Source: a virus
Lineage: Duplodnaviria; Caudoviricetes
Reading direction: 5' to 3' (one strand)
Virus record (IMG/VR): IMGVR_UViG_3300014656_000033
Coordinates: 1-58,143 of that record
DNA: 58,143 nucleotides
Notes under the pieces: model-generated
Told to the model about the DNA's origin: nothing
The model's database searches: none
The model's input: only the letters and a program-made list of their open reading frames with translations
Position numbers and translations under genes: made by a program
Part shown: positions 1 to 7,825 of the stretch, piece after piece
How positions within the stretch are numbered: the first letter of the stretch is position 1
Layout of the letters: the number at the start of each line of letters is the position of its first letter

Positions 1-1
1 C

Positions 2-163
2 GCCGCATGGGCCGCAGGGGACGCAAGGGCCGCCGCATGGGCCGCCGCATGGGCCGCATGGGCCGCAGGGGACGCAAGGGCCGCCGCATGGGCCGCAGGG
101 GACGCAGAAAAAGAAAATCAAGTTGTAATGATTTTAAATTATTATTTTGTGGAGGTTGAATAA
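2..163 (+). CDS. C-terminal part of an Ala/Trp-rich repeat protein (Imm5-like phage family), probably continuous with 57778..58143
   Basis: Frame 2 reads [15 protein letters not shown]...[18 protein letters not shown], stop TAA 161-163; same repeat units as the window end. Confidence 0.75.
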   Translation, partial: AAWAAGDARAAAWAAAWAAWAAGDARAAAWAAGDAEKENQVVMILNYYFVEVE

Positions 164-381
164 TGTCCGTAATGCGCTGCGAACAGTGTGAACGAACGAT
201 AGATACCGATTACGACCTCGGCATCTGGATCAACGCGCCCGCGCTGCGGGGCTATGATTTCTTCGTCTGCGGGCCGGAATGCGCCGATGAATGGTTAGCA
301 GAACACGGATTCGAGTCCATGCCAGAGGACTACGACGGCGCGGACGTGCTGGAAGCGAAAACGAAGGAGGCAAACCAATGA
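163..381 (+). CDS. small Cys-rich hypothetical protein
   Basis: CEQC and CGPEC motifs; GGAGG RBS; TAATG stop/start overlap. Confidence 0.7.
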   Translation: MSVMRCEQCERTIDTDYDLGIWINAPALRGYDFFVCGPECADEWLAEHGFESMPEDYDGADVLEAKTKEANQ

Positions 382-869
382 AGATCACAGCAAAAATGGT
401 GAGAGAACACGGGGCCTGTTACGATCCGGTAATTCCTAACGGCCAGCCGGAGGGGTTCGAGCTTTTCGAAGAAACAGACGAAATCGAGTTGGTTGATTTG
501 ATGGATGTTTATACGATTCCACGCATTGATCGGATATGGCTGTTCACGACTTTTGCAGACACAGACGATGTTGTTTTGTTTGCTGAAATGTGCGCCGAAT
601 CCGCCGCCTGTTACGCCGCATGGGCCGCAGGGGTTGCAGGGGACGCAGTGAACGCAAGGAACGCCGCAAGGGCCGCAAGGGACGCACGGGCAGCCGCATG
701 GTACGCAGGGGACGCCGCATGGGCCGCAGGGGACGCACGGGCAGCCGCAAGGGACGCCGCATGGGCCGCAGGGGTTGCAGGGGACGCAGTGAACGCAAGG
801 AACGCCGAACTCGAATTCCAGCTATGGCTAATCGCTATTATTTTGAGAAAAACAGGAGCTAACCAATGA
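378..869 (+). CDS. Ala-rich repeat protein (AAWAAGDA repeats), paralogue of the junction gene
   Basis: Likely start ATG 378 after AAGGAGG; [14 protein letters not shown]...RIWLF...FAEMCAE followed by repeats. Confidence 0.75.
   Translation: MKITAKMVREHGACYDPVIPNGQPEGFELFEETDEIELVDLMDVYTIPRIDRIWLFTTFADTDDVVLFAEMCAESAACYAAWAAGVAGDAVNARNAARAARDARAAAWYAGDAAWAAGDARAAARDAAWAAGVAGDAVNARNAELEFQLWLIAIILRKTGANQ
613..807 (+). repeat. Ala-codon repeat tract with an exact 54-bp duplication (613-666 and 754-807)
   Basis: acgccgcatgggccgcaggggttgcaggggacgcagtgaacgcaaggaacgccg occurs twice, 141 bp apart. Confidence 0.9.
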
Positions 870-1717
870 CAACCACAACAACAGAAACGTCTGAAAAGAT
901 TGACACCGCAGTCCTGACAATCACCGAAACGGACTTAATTCCCATCTTTACCGCCGACGGCATCCTGCCGTTAATCGACAGCATCGAGGAACGCGCCCGG
1001 TCATTCGCGTTCGATGTGAGCGAAGAAGAAGGCCGAGACGGTATACGCTCGCTTGCATACAACGTCGCCCGCGCTAAAACCACGATTGACGGGGCTGGAA
1101 AGAACATCGTGGCCGAATGGAAGGAAAAATCCAAGCGCGTCGATGAAGCCCGGCGCATTATGCGGGACAAGCTCGGTGCGCTGAAAGAGGAAATCCGCGC
1201 ACCGCTGACGGCGTGGGAAGAAGCGGAAAAGGCCGAGGTCGCCCGCATACAGGCCGAAACGGACATCATCGAAGTCTGGGACGACGCGCACCGCGAGAAC
1301 GCCGACAGGGACGAACTGGCGCGGCGACGAGCCACCGATGATCTTGCCGAAAAACTCCGGCTGGAAGCCGAAGAACGTGACCGACAAGCCGCCCGTGAGG
1401 AACAAATCCGCAAGGAAGTTCTCCAGGAAGCCGAACGCGAGAAGCAGGAAGCCATCGAGGCTGAACACAAGCGGCTTGAAGATGAATTTTATGAAAGACT
1501 GAATGCAAGGCACGAGCGCATCGAGCGCGAACGGAAAACCGAAGAGGCCGAACGCATCAAAGCCAAACGGCTGGCGAACCACAAGGCTCACCGCGAGAAG
1601 ATTCACCGCGAGGCCAGGGCGTCGCTGTTAGAGAACGGCATTCCGGCTGAAATCGCGGACGGCTTGATTCTGATGATAAGCGAGGGTAAGATTAAGCATG
1701 TGGAAATTAAATACTGA
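866..1717 (+). CDS. conserved phage coiled-coil protein (SLAYNVARAKT...RAPLTAWE family, often near recombination genes)
   Basis: 283 aa, E/R/K-rich helical C-terminal half, recognisable N-terminal motif. Confidence 0.7.
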   Translation: MTTTTTETSEKIDTAVLTITETDLIPIFTADGILPLIDSIEERARSFAFDVSEEEGRDGIRSLAYNVARAKTTIDGAGKNIVAEWKEKSKRVDEARRIMRDKLGALKEEIRAPLTAWEEAEKAEVARIQAETDIIEVWDDAHRENADRDELARRRATDDLAEKLRLEAEERDRQAAREEQIRKEVLQEAEREKQEAIEAEHKRLEDEFYERLNARHERIERERKTEEAERIKAKRLANHKAHREKIHREARASLLENGIPAEIADGLILMISEGKIKHVEIKY

Positions 1718-1729
1718 GGGGGCAATTTA

Positions 1730-1921
1730 GTGAAACTCAAAGATAATCCAAAACCAGCAACTCAAGGTCAAATATATTCATTAAGCCAAATGATTTACGA
1801 ACTCCAATCACGTGTAACGGCTTTAGAAAAACATACCGGAACATACAAATGTCCTTGCTGCAATGGAGATGGCAAGCCAAGACGCGCAATTCCACCATCA
1901 GAAGGGCGTTCGTATCGATGA
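1730..1921 (+). CDS. hypothetical protein with CPCCNG Zn-finger-like motif
   Basis: GAGGGG RBS, GTG start, in operon order. Confidence 0.5.
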   Translation: MKLKDNPKPATQGQIYSLSQMIYELQSRVTALEKHTGTYKCPCCNGDGKPRRAIPPSEGRSYR

Positions 1922-2031
1922 GCTCTGCCCGCCTCTACCGCCTAATACTGCTCGGCATCGCGCTGATAGCGTTCAGCGTGGCCGGAATCCTGGCGGCATA
2001 CTGGCATTTCTGGGCGGCGTGGGCGAGATAG
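1918..2031 (+). CDS. small single-pass membrane protein
   Basis: ATGA overlap; MSSARLYRLILLGIALIAFSVAGILAAYWHFWAAWAR hydrophobic stretch. Confidence 0.5.
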   Translation: MSSARLYRLILLGIALIAFSVAGILAAYWHFWAAWAR

Positions 2032-2040
2032 GAGAAAACG

Positions 2041-2886
2041 ATGTTTGACTGGCAAACCGCAATCGGAGAAAAACGAATCGCGCAAAATCTCTACTGGACG
2101 CGGCAATTAAGTCTCTGGGTGGGTTGCAATAAATGCTCACCGGGCTGTGCGAATTGCTGGGCACCGCGAGAAGTCCCGCGATTTCATGCCGACATGCAGG
2201 ATGTTATCGAGCGTGGTTCCGACAATCTTTTAACATGGACAGGCAATATACAATTTAATGGTCAAGCATGGGATATTCTATCCGAACGCGCAAGGCGTTG
2301 GCAATCAAAGCGAAAATTAAAGCCGATTGTTTGGTTTGTGTGTGTGCGGTCTGACTTTTTTCACGATACCATAAGCCCCGGAGATGTTGACTGGGCGCTT
2401 GACCTGATGGGCGCGTGCACGGGTGATGTGTTTTTGATACTTACGAAACGCCCACAAAATATCGCTAACAAGATGTTTGAAGCTACAACAAGCAATCCCT
2501 GCCGCGAACTTGTCGGCGGCGATTATCTTCCAAACGTGCTGCTCGGCGTCACAATCGAGAACCAAGAAAAAGCCGATGAGCGCGTTATGGCTTTGCGTAC
2601 TTCGGGTTGGATGGGACGTATATGGCTTTCAACAGAACCGATGCTTGAAGAAATCCAGTTGCGACAATGCAACCCCGCATTAAAGGACATTCACAACAGG
2701 CGCCCGTTTTCTTTCGTTGTAGTTGGCGGCGAGTCTGGTTCTAACGCCCGCCCGATGAATCCCGATTGGGCGCGGCGAATACGGGATGATTGTAAGGCCG
2801 CTGGCGTCCCGTTTTTTATGAAGCAGATGAGCGGCAAACAGCCCATCCCTGATGACTTGAATATCAGAGAATGGCCGGAGATATAG
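2041..2886 (+). CDS. Gp37/Gp68 (DUF5131) radical-SAM-like phage protein
   Basis: GCNKCSPGCANCWA, SDFFH, LTKRP, GVTIENQ, GGESG..ARPM, FFMKQ motifs. Confidence 0.9.
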   Translation: MFDWQTAIGEKRIAQNLYWTRQLSLWVGCNKCSPGCANCWAPREVPRFHADMQDVIERGSDNLLTWTGNIQFNGQAWDILSERARRWQSKRKLKPIVWFVCVRSDFFHDTISPGDVDWALDLMGACTGDVFLILTKRPQNIANKMFEATTSNPCRELVGGDYLPNVLLGVTIENQEKADERVMALRTSGWMGRIWLSTEPMLEEIQLRQCNPALKDIHNRRPFSFVVVGGESGSNARPMNPDWARRIRDDCKAAGVPFFMKQMSGKQPIPDDLNIREWPEI

Positions 2887-3216
2887 ATGAAAAAACAATT
2901 GCCCGGTTACAAAAAAGGAGGTTGGGGCGGCATAGAAAAAGATTGGATTGCCGTTTTTGTAGAAGATATTGAGGGCTTTTCGGTTGCCGGAATAGTATCA
3001 GACAAACCACGCATAGAAATAAAAGAATGTATTACTTATTGGCGTAAGCCATTTAAAACACAACCGATAGAAATCAAAGAGGAAATCAAGGACAAGGCTG
3101 TTATTTATTTAAAACCAATAACACCACACATTTTTTTTGATATGGCAAAACCATTTCTAATAATGCTTAATCAGTATATACAAGGAGAAATCAATGGTCG
3201 TTATAATGTCAAATAA
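2887..3216 (+). CDS. hypothetical protein (AT-rich)
   Basis: Directly abuts the preceding gene; last gene of the plus arm. Confidence 0.6.
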   Translation: MKKQLPGYKKGGWGGIEKDWIAVFVEDIEGFSVAGIVSDKPRIEIKECITYWRKPFKTQPIEIKEEIKDKAVIYLKPITPHIFFDMAKPFLIMLNQYIQGEINGRYNVK

Positions 3217-3240
3217 AACAGCCCCCGCGTCCGGAGGCTG
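3211..3240 (-). terminator. intrinsic terminator ending the minus-strand late operon
   Basis: Minus strand cagcctccg-gacg-cgggggctg then ttttattt; two more hairpins at 3245-3261 and 3266-3280, the last with a plus-strand T-tract. Confidence 0.75.
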
Positions 3241-3288
3241 AGTCGATGGCCCAAGGCCATCCAATGCGGGTAATCACCGCTATGTTTT

Positions 3289-3666
3289 TTATATCCCCAA
3301 AATCCCCTTCCGTAATTTCCTGAATACCCGACACGCTTGTTTGCGCGGGTTGTTATCGGGATGAGTTGTTAAGAGTTCCTTGACCACTGCCGGAGCCGTG
3401 GCGATATCCAGCCTCGTGCCGTCCGTAATTGCAGATATAATCGGGGCTGCTTCCGCCCGGACTTCGCCCAATTCGTCGAATATATCTTCCATCCCGACTT
3501 TAGCTTTCCGCACAGTTTCGAGCGCGAAGTCAATGTCTTTTTGTGACAGCACGTCGAATTTCCGCAGTAACGCAACCACAATCACCAGCACGCCCGACGC
3601 AAAGCCGAGCAGCGCCGTCAGGACTTGCGGCTCAAGCAAAAGACTACCCAGTTTTTCCATGTTCAA
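3289..3666 (-). CDS. membrane protein (N-terminal TM), possible holin/lysis accessory
   Basis: VLTALLGFASGVLVIVVALLRK hydrophobic helix, basic C-terminus. Confidence 0.55.
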   Translation of the reverse strand: MNMEKLGSLLLEPQVLTALLGFASGVLVIVVALLRKFDVLSQKDIDFALETVRKAKVGMEDIFDELGEVRAEAAPIISAITDGTRLDIATAPAVVKELLTTHPDNNPRKQACRVFRKLRKGILGI

Positions 3667-4943
3667 TCCCCCCTATATACTATTGGTTTTGGTCTTTTCC
3701 ACGGCGGCTGTAATTGAATCGGGTTCCGCCACGTTATACCGAATTTTTCATGTACTGAAAATAGTTGCTGCATTGGGAAGCTCGCGCTCTGACATTTTAT
3801 CAGCGCGTGTTCATCCGGCCCATCCCACGAGCCATTAGCGAAAATCTCCCCCCGAATATCGGCTATCTGGTGAAAGTGCCCGACACAGTAATAATTGACG
3901 GGCAATCCGTATTCCGCAAGCGTCTGGATATAACGTCCACGCGCCCGCTCCAGGCCATAAAAAGGCACCCCCATCCACGACACAGTATTGTCGCCGTGGC
4001 CCAACTGAAAAACCTTGTTATACATCCCAACAAAACAAAACAGAGATTCGGGAATATAAAAATGTACATTTTTAAAATCCCTTAACCGCTCTTTGAGGAA
4101 ATGATAAAAAATATAACTCCATGAATCCGCTGGTCGCCGAGCGCCCTTTTTGCCTACCCGGTCATGGTTGCCGGGGACACCGAATATATTGATTTTCCAC
4201 GGTAGCGATACTGCGAGGTCGCCGATTATTTTACCAAAAGCATCGACGCCCTCAATCATTTGCCGCCCAGCTTCAAGGTCGCGCCTGAGTATCACGCCTT
4301 CCGGCAGTGTGGGGTCGCCGCCCTGCATTAAGTCGCCAAGCATAAACATATTGAGGATTTTATATGGCGTGGTCGGATAGTGTTTCGCAAGTATTTTTTT
4401 AAATGATTCAAGATAAAATTCTGACCGTTGTTTAAATACATCGATATTGTAAAGCCCAATTCCAGTTGTTTCGTCGGCGCGGGTGTCTTTGCCGATGTGC
4501 ATATCTGACAGGAGCGCCGTTAGGATTTCGTCACCCTGTTCTTCGTTGAACTTTATCGGCACCGGTTTGATTTCCGGCACCGGCATCGGGGTCACGATGT
4601 CGCGCAATCCTTCAATCAGCAATTCCGCAAGTGCGCGTTTGCGGATGGCTTCGTTTTCGTGTTTCTGCAATACTGATTTTTTTATGCGGAGTATTTCCTC
4701 GGCAAGCGGCTCGGCTTCGTCTGGTTCTATGCCATCTGGTTTGAGTATGAATTTTTTATTGCGGCCCTCGCCGGGTAACGGCTTGCCGGTTTTAATACAA
4801 GACAGTATTGATTGAACACGCCACACTTCTGAATCTGGTAGCTTTAATGTTGCGGTCAATTTGCGATAGCCGTATGATGGGTGTTTTTCGTGGCCAGCAA
4901 CGATTATTCTTTCAAGTTCTTTTTGTTCTATTCTTTTTGGCAC
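3663..4943 (-). CDS. calcineurin-like metallophosphoesterase with N-terminal HTH-like region
   Basis: SDMHIG, GDLMQG, PGNHDR, GHGD, GHFH metal-binding motifs. Confidence 0.9.
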   Translation of the reverse strand: MPKRIEQKELERIIVAGHEKHPSYGYRKLTATLKLPDSEVWRVQSILSCIKTGKPLPGEGRNKKFILKPDGIEPDEAEPLAEEILRIKKSVLQKHENEAIRKRALAELLIEGLRDIVTPMPVPEIKPVPIKFNEEQGDEILTALLSDMHIGKDTRADETTGIGLYNIDVFKQRSEFYLESFKKILAKHYPTTPYKILNMFMLGDLMQGGDPTLPEGVILRRDLEAGRQMIEGVDAFGKIIGDLAVSLPWKINIFGVPGNHDRVGKKGARRPADSWSYIFYHFLKERLRDFKNVHFYIPESLFCFVGMYNKVFQLGHGDNTVSWMGVPFYGLERARGRYIQTLAEYGLPVNYYCVGHFHQIADIRGEIFANGSWDGPDEHALIKCQSASFPMQQLFSVHEKFGITWRNPIQLQPPWKRPKPIVYRGD

Positions 4944-4946
4944 TAC

Positions 4947-5228
4947 TCACCGCCTTTTAAGATAGTTTATTTTTTGGATACAGCCTCGCGGAATAATCGT
5001 TATGCTTGATGCGTTTTCCAGAATGGAACTAATGCTGCCGATAATAACAGCATATTTTTTATCGAGGATTAAGAGATAGCCGGTTGTTTTGTGTAGAAGT
5101 TCATCGGGTTTAACTATGATGGATTCGATGTCAACCCAGCCCGATTCAGAGGAAAGTATGTCTTCCCATTCAACCTCTACCAGTTTAAGTTTGTTTATTT
5201 TAATCGGTTTCGGTTCTGGCTTGTTCAT
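4947..5228 (-). CDS. conserved small phage protein (VEVEWED...GW...TTGYL family)
   Basis: Motif pattern common in phage proteins; in operon order. Confidence 0.65.
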   Translation of the reverse strand: MNKPEPKPIKINKLKLVEVEWEDILSSESGWVDIESIIVKPDELLHKTTGYLLILDKKYAVIIGSISSILENASSITIIPRGCIQKINYLKRR

Positions 5229-5499
5229 CCTTCACCGCCTTTAATAACAGAAAAATACCTGCCAAATCGTCAACAGTATCCTCGATATCGCCGTCAAAAT
5301 TATTCGCCAGCCGCGCCAGCTTATCTAATCCGCGCATCAAAAACGGCAGAAAATCATAAGCCTCAACCGGAATCCCATCGGGAAACAACACTAACAGTAA
5401 AGCCGGTATTTTTTTCGGCGTGTTTTCACCGTAATATTTGGCTTTTTCATTCAGGAGTGCCGCCACGTCTGCGGCGGCTTGATTGAAATCTAACGGCAT
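5200..5499 (-). CDS. nucleotide modification associated domain 1 (DUF1599-like, MazG-fold) protein
   Basis: K..YYG, MRGLDKLARL, EDTVDDLAG pattern. Confidence 0.7.
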   Translation of the reverse strand: MPLDFNQAAADVAALLNEKAKYYGENTPKKIPALLLVLFPDGIPVEAYDFLPFLMRGLDKLARLANNFDGDIEDTVDDLAGIFLLLKAVKDEQARTETD

Positions 5500-5545
5500 A
5501 ATCGCCTCAATTACCTACAACTATAACCAAAATCACCCGCGTTTG

Positions 5546-6781
5546 TCAATATCGCCCCAGTTCCGCCAGCACTTTCGCGCTGAGTTTCATTCCTGAAACC
5601 ATAGCGTGAACCATCACGCCGGGTTTGCCGCCCTGATAAATACCCTTGTGCAACGTCGCATCCGGGGCCAGTTCGCATAAATTCGAGTATCCAGCATCGA
5701 AAGCCTCGTCCGATCCGGGCGTGTCCAGCGCCTCGGCCCCCGCTACAATCACCATACAGCCCGCTTGGGCGGTTTTTAGATCAAACCCGCCGCACAGCAC
5801 TGTTCTGGGAAGATCATCGCGTACAGCGCGTCTGACGGCCTCTGACGTGGCTTCTGTGGCTGCGGCTCGCCCCATGATGGCGAAGCCATGCACTCGGCAT
5901 ACATTGGCCCAGTTCGCGGCATCGAGGGCGGCGATTGGGGAGGATTGGGTAGAAACACGGTTAAAGAAGTGCCATTCTTCGGCAATGCGGTCATTTATGA
6001 ACGCCCATTTATTCGAGGCTGTGATATATCGGCGGTAACGGGCTTCCATGAATTCGTTATCGGCGACGATGATGTTGGCCACTTGCTTGGATTCTGCGAA
6101 GTTTTGCAGCCCTTGCAGCACTTCCCTTGCATTATTGGCTATACCCGTCACTTTTCTTTCAACCTTGCCGGGCAGCGCCACGACAACGGAAATCCGCTCG
6201 CCAGCCGGAACTTTGTCGCCCTTATAGTCCCGGATATGTTCATTGACGTAACGGGCTGCCAACGCAACGGCCCCGGCCAGCGCCCCGCCTCCGGTGCCGC
6301 CGCCAGCGCCGAGCGTAATTACTATCTGATCGATGTCGCCCCATGTCCGTTCGGCCATCTCGTAAACCTCGTCGCGGTGGGCGTCGAACGCCGCCGCCCC
6401 TGCCGCCATATCCTTACCAGCGCCACCGCCTTCGGCTGATCGCAACAATAGTTTCTGGCTGTTCGGAAGGTTGACGTCCTTCAGGTCTTGGTCGGCGGTA
6501 TTTACAGCCACGCCCCGGCTGTATTTGAGCCGCGCCATTGCTTCCCACACGCGCCCGCCCGCGCCGCCGAGGGCAAGTCCGCCTACCTTAATCGAGCCAC
6601 TGGATTCATCTATGGGCGCAATCGGGGCCGCATCGGGCAGGTCATACGTGCCGAGGTCAAGGCCGTCGTCGGGCAGTTGTTCGGTATTTCCGAACTGTTC
6701 AGATTCCAACCGCAAAGGATTACTCAGTAGTTCGTTTTCCTGAATTGCGGGTATTTCCTGATTGAGATTTTCTTCTGCCAT
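5546..6781 (-). CDS. tubulin/FtsZ-superfamily GTPase with acidic N-terminal extension
   Basis: T1 LGGAGG, T2 AVNT, T3 GGGAGKD, T4 signature GAGGGTGGG, T5 ALP..VE, T6 ADNE; GGAGG RBS. Confidence 0.92.
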   Translation of the reverse strand: MAEENLNQEIPAIQENELLSNPLRLESEQFGNTEQLPDDGLDLGTYDLPDAAPIAPIDESSGSIKVGGLALGGAGGRVWEAMARLKYSRGVAVNTADQDLKDVNLPNSQKLLLRSAEGGGAGKDMAAGAAAFDAHRDEVYEMAERTWGDIDQIVITLGAGGGTGGGALAGAVALAARYVNEHIRDYKGDKVPAGERISVVVALPGKVERKVTGIANNAREVLQGLQNFAESKQVANIIVADNEFMEARYRRYITASNKWAFINDRIAEEWHFFNRVSTQSSPIAALDAANWANVCRVHGFAIMGRAAATEATSEAVRRAVRDDLPRTVLCGGFDLKTAQAGCMVIVAGAEALDTPGSDEAFDAGYSNLCELAPDATLHKGIYQGGKPGVMVHAMVSGMKLSAKVLAELGRY

Positions 6782-6811
6782 GATTTATCCCTCCAATTTT
6801 GTTTTTTATAT

Positions 6812-6840
6812 TTGACTTATTGCAAGCATATGCTTATAAT
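6812..6840 (+). promoter_or_regulatory. sigma70-type promoter antisense to the endolysin gene
   Basis: TTGACT-17bp-TATAAT containing the palindrome AAGCATATGCTT. Confidence 0.65.
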
Positions 6841-6919
6841 GAAATAAAGGCGGGTGATAAAAATGACGTTTCAAAGAGGGCATATATTGCTCTCGAAAAT
6901 GTTGGAAAGAATCTCATCA

Positions 6920-7324
6920 TTAGCCCCGCCATCGTGCTTTTTCACCCCTTACGTCAACGTGGGTCCAGACACCATAACGCCCCACGCCGCCACGGTCGCC
7001 CACGAGTGCCTCGCAATAATCTGCGACAACGCCCGGTATTATATCTTTTACTTTTATGTCGGCGGCGTTAGCGACTTTCCTTTTAGTTCCGGGTAACTCG
7101 CGGGGAAGATGCTGCGAGTATTGACTGCCCTTTTGTAGTCGGTTCCAATGTTCACATCGACACCCCGACGTTATGGTTACTGGCTTGCCAAAGTGTTCCC
7201 GGACAGCCTCTAATACATATAGCAATGCGGGGTTTATATCATCGAACCCGCACCCCCCACAGCGGCAAGCAATCTCATGTTTTGAAAAGTGTGGACTTAA
7301 ATCTCCCATTATAATTACCGCCAT
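6920..7324 (-). CDS. endolysin, peptidase M15A family
   Basis: HFSKHEIACRC, ITSGCRC, SQH, AADI, GVGRY, WTHVDVRG motifs. Confidence 0.9.
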   Translation of the reverse strand: MAVIIMGDLSPHFSKHEIACRCGGCGFDDINPALLYVLEAVREHFGKPVTITSGCRCEHWNRLQKGSQYSQHLPRELPGTKRKVANAADIKVKDIIPGVVADYCEALVGDRGGVGRYGVWTHVDVRGEKARWRG

Positions 7325-7530
7325 TTCTCCGTTTCGACACGGTGTCCCTTAAATGTCCCGTTCGGCCTTTTCTTTTCCCGCACTTTAAATATACGGGGTT
7401 TTGAACTAAAGCGCAAACAGTACGGACATTTATCAACATACGGGTCTATCAATTCGGCCCCGCAATCGCAGTATTCAGGCCGTACTATCAACGATTCAAA
7501 ATCAAGTTCTGGCTTCATTGATACGCTCAT
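7315..7530 (-). CDS. small zinc-ribbon protein
   Basis: CDCG...CPYC; coupled to neighbours. Confidence 0.55.
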   Translation of the reverse strand: MSVSMKPELDFESLIVRPEYCDCGAELIDPYVDKCPYCLRFSSKPRIFKVREKKRPNGTFKGHRVETEKWR

Positions 7531-7814
7531 TTAATGTATGCTATTATTGCGTCTTTCAGAAATGTAATTAGCGCAAAAACAAAAGTTAGAGCGCCGGTTA
7601 CTTTCAGCGTCCACGCCTTGAGGTTGTCAACGTCGCTATCTATCTTTTTTAAATCGACGCCGTTGTGCCGGTTGCGACAATCGCCGAGATGCTTATTGAT
7701 GCGCTCGTGGACGTTGCCTATCTTTTCGTCAATATTGGTGCCGAGCCTATCAATCTTGTCGATGATCGCCATCGTGTCTTTGTTGTCGCTCTGGTAGTTG
7801 TCTGGCAGCGTCAT
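7527..7814 (-). CDS. putative holin (coiled coil plus C-terminal TM)
   Basis: C-terminal hydrophobic helix; between tail fibre and endolysin. Confidence 0.6.
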   Translation of the reverse strand: MTLPDNYQSDNKDTMAIIDKIDRLGTNIDEKIGNVHERINKHLGDCRNRHNGVDLKKIDSDVDNLKAWTLKVTGALTFVFALITFLKDAIIAYIK

Positions 7815-7825
7815 GTTGGCCTCCC

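Noticed and set aside
544-862. Arg-rich ORFs 544..798 (-) and 590..862 (+)
   Set aside because: Alternate-frame read-outs of the Ala repeat, without RBS
3215-3290. Three-hairpin cluster as a ribozyme or tRNA
   Set aside because: No catalytic-core or T-loop consensus; explained by convergent terminators
5546-6781. Canonical TubZRC partition system or captured host ftsZ
   Set aside because: No adjacent TubR-like gene or iterated centromere; the sequence is too divergent and lacks the FtsZ C-terminal peptide
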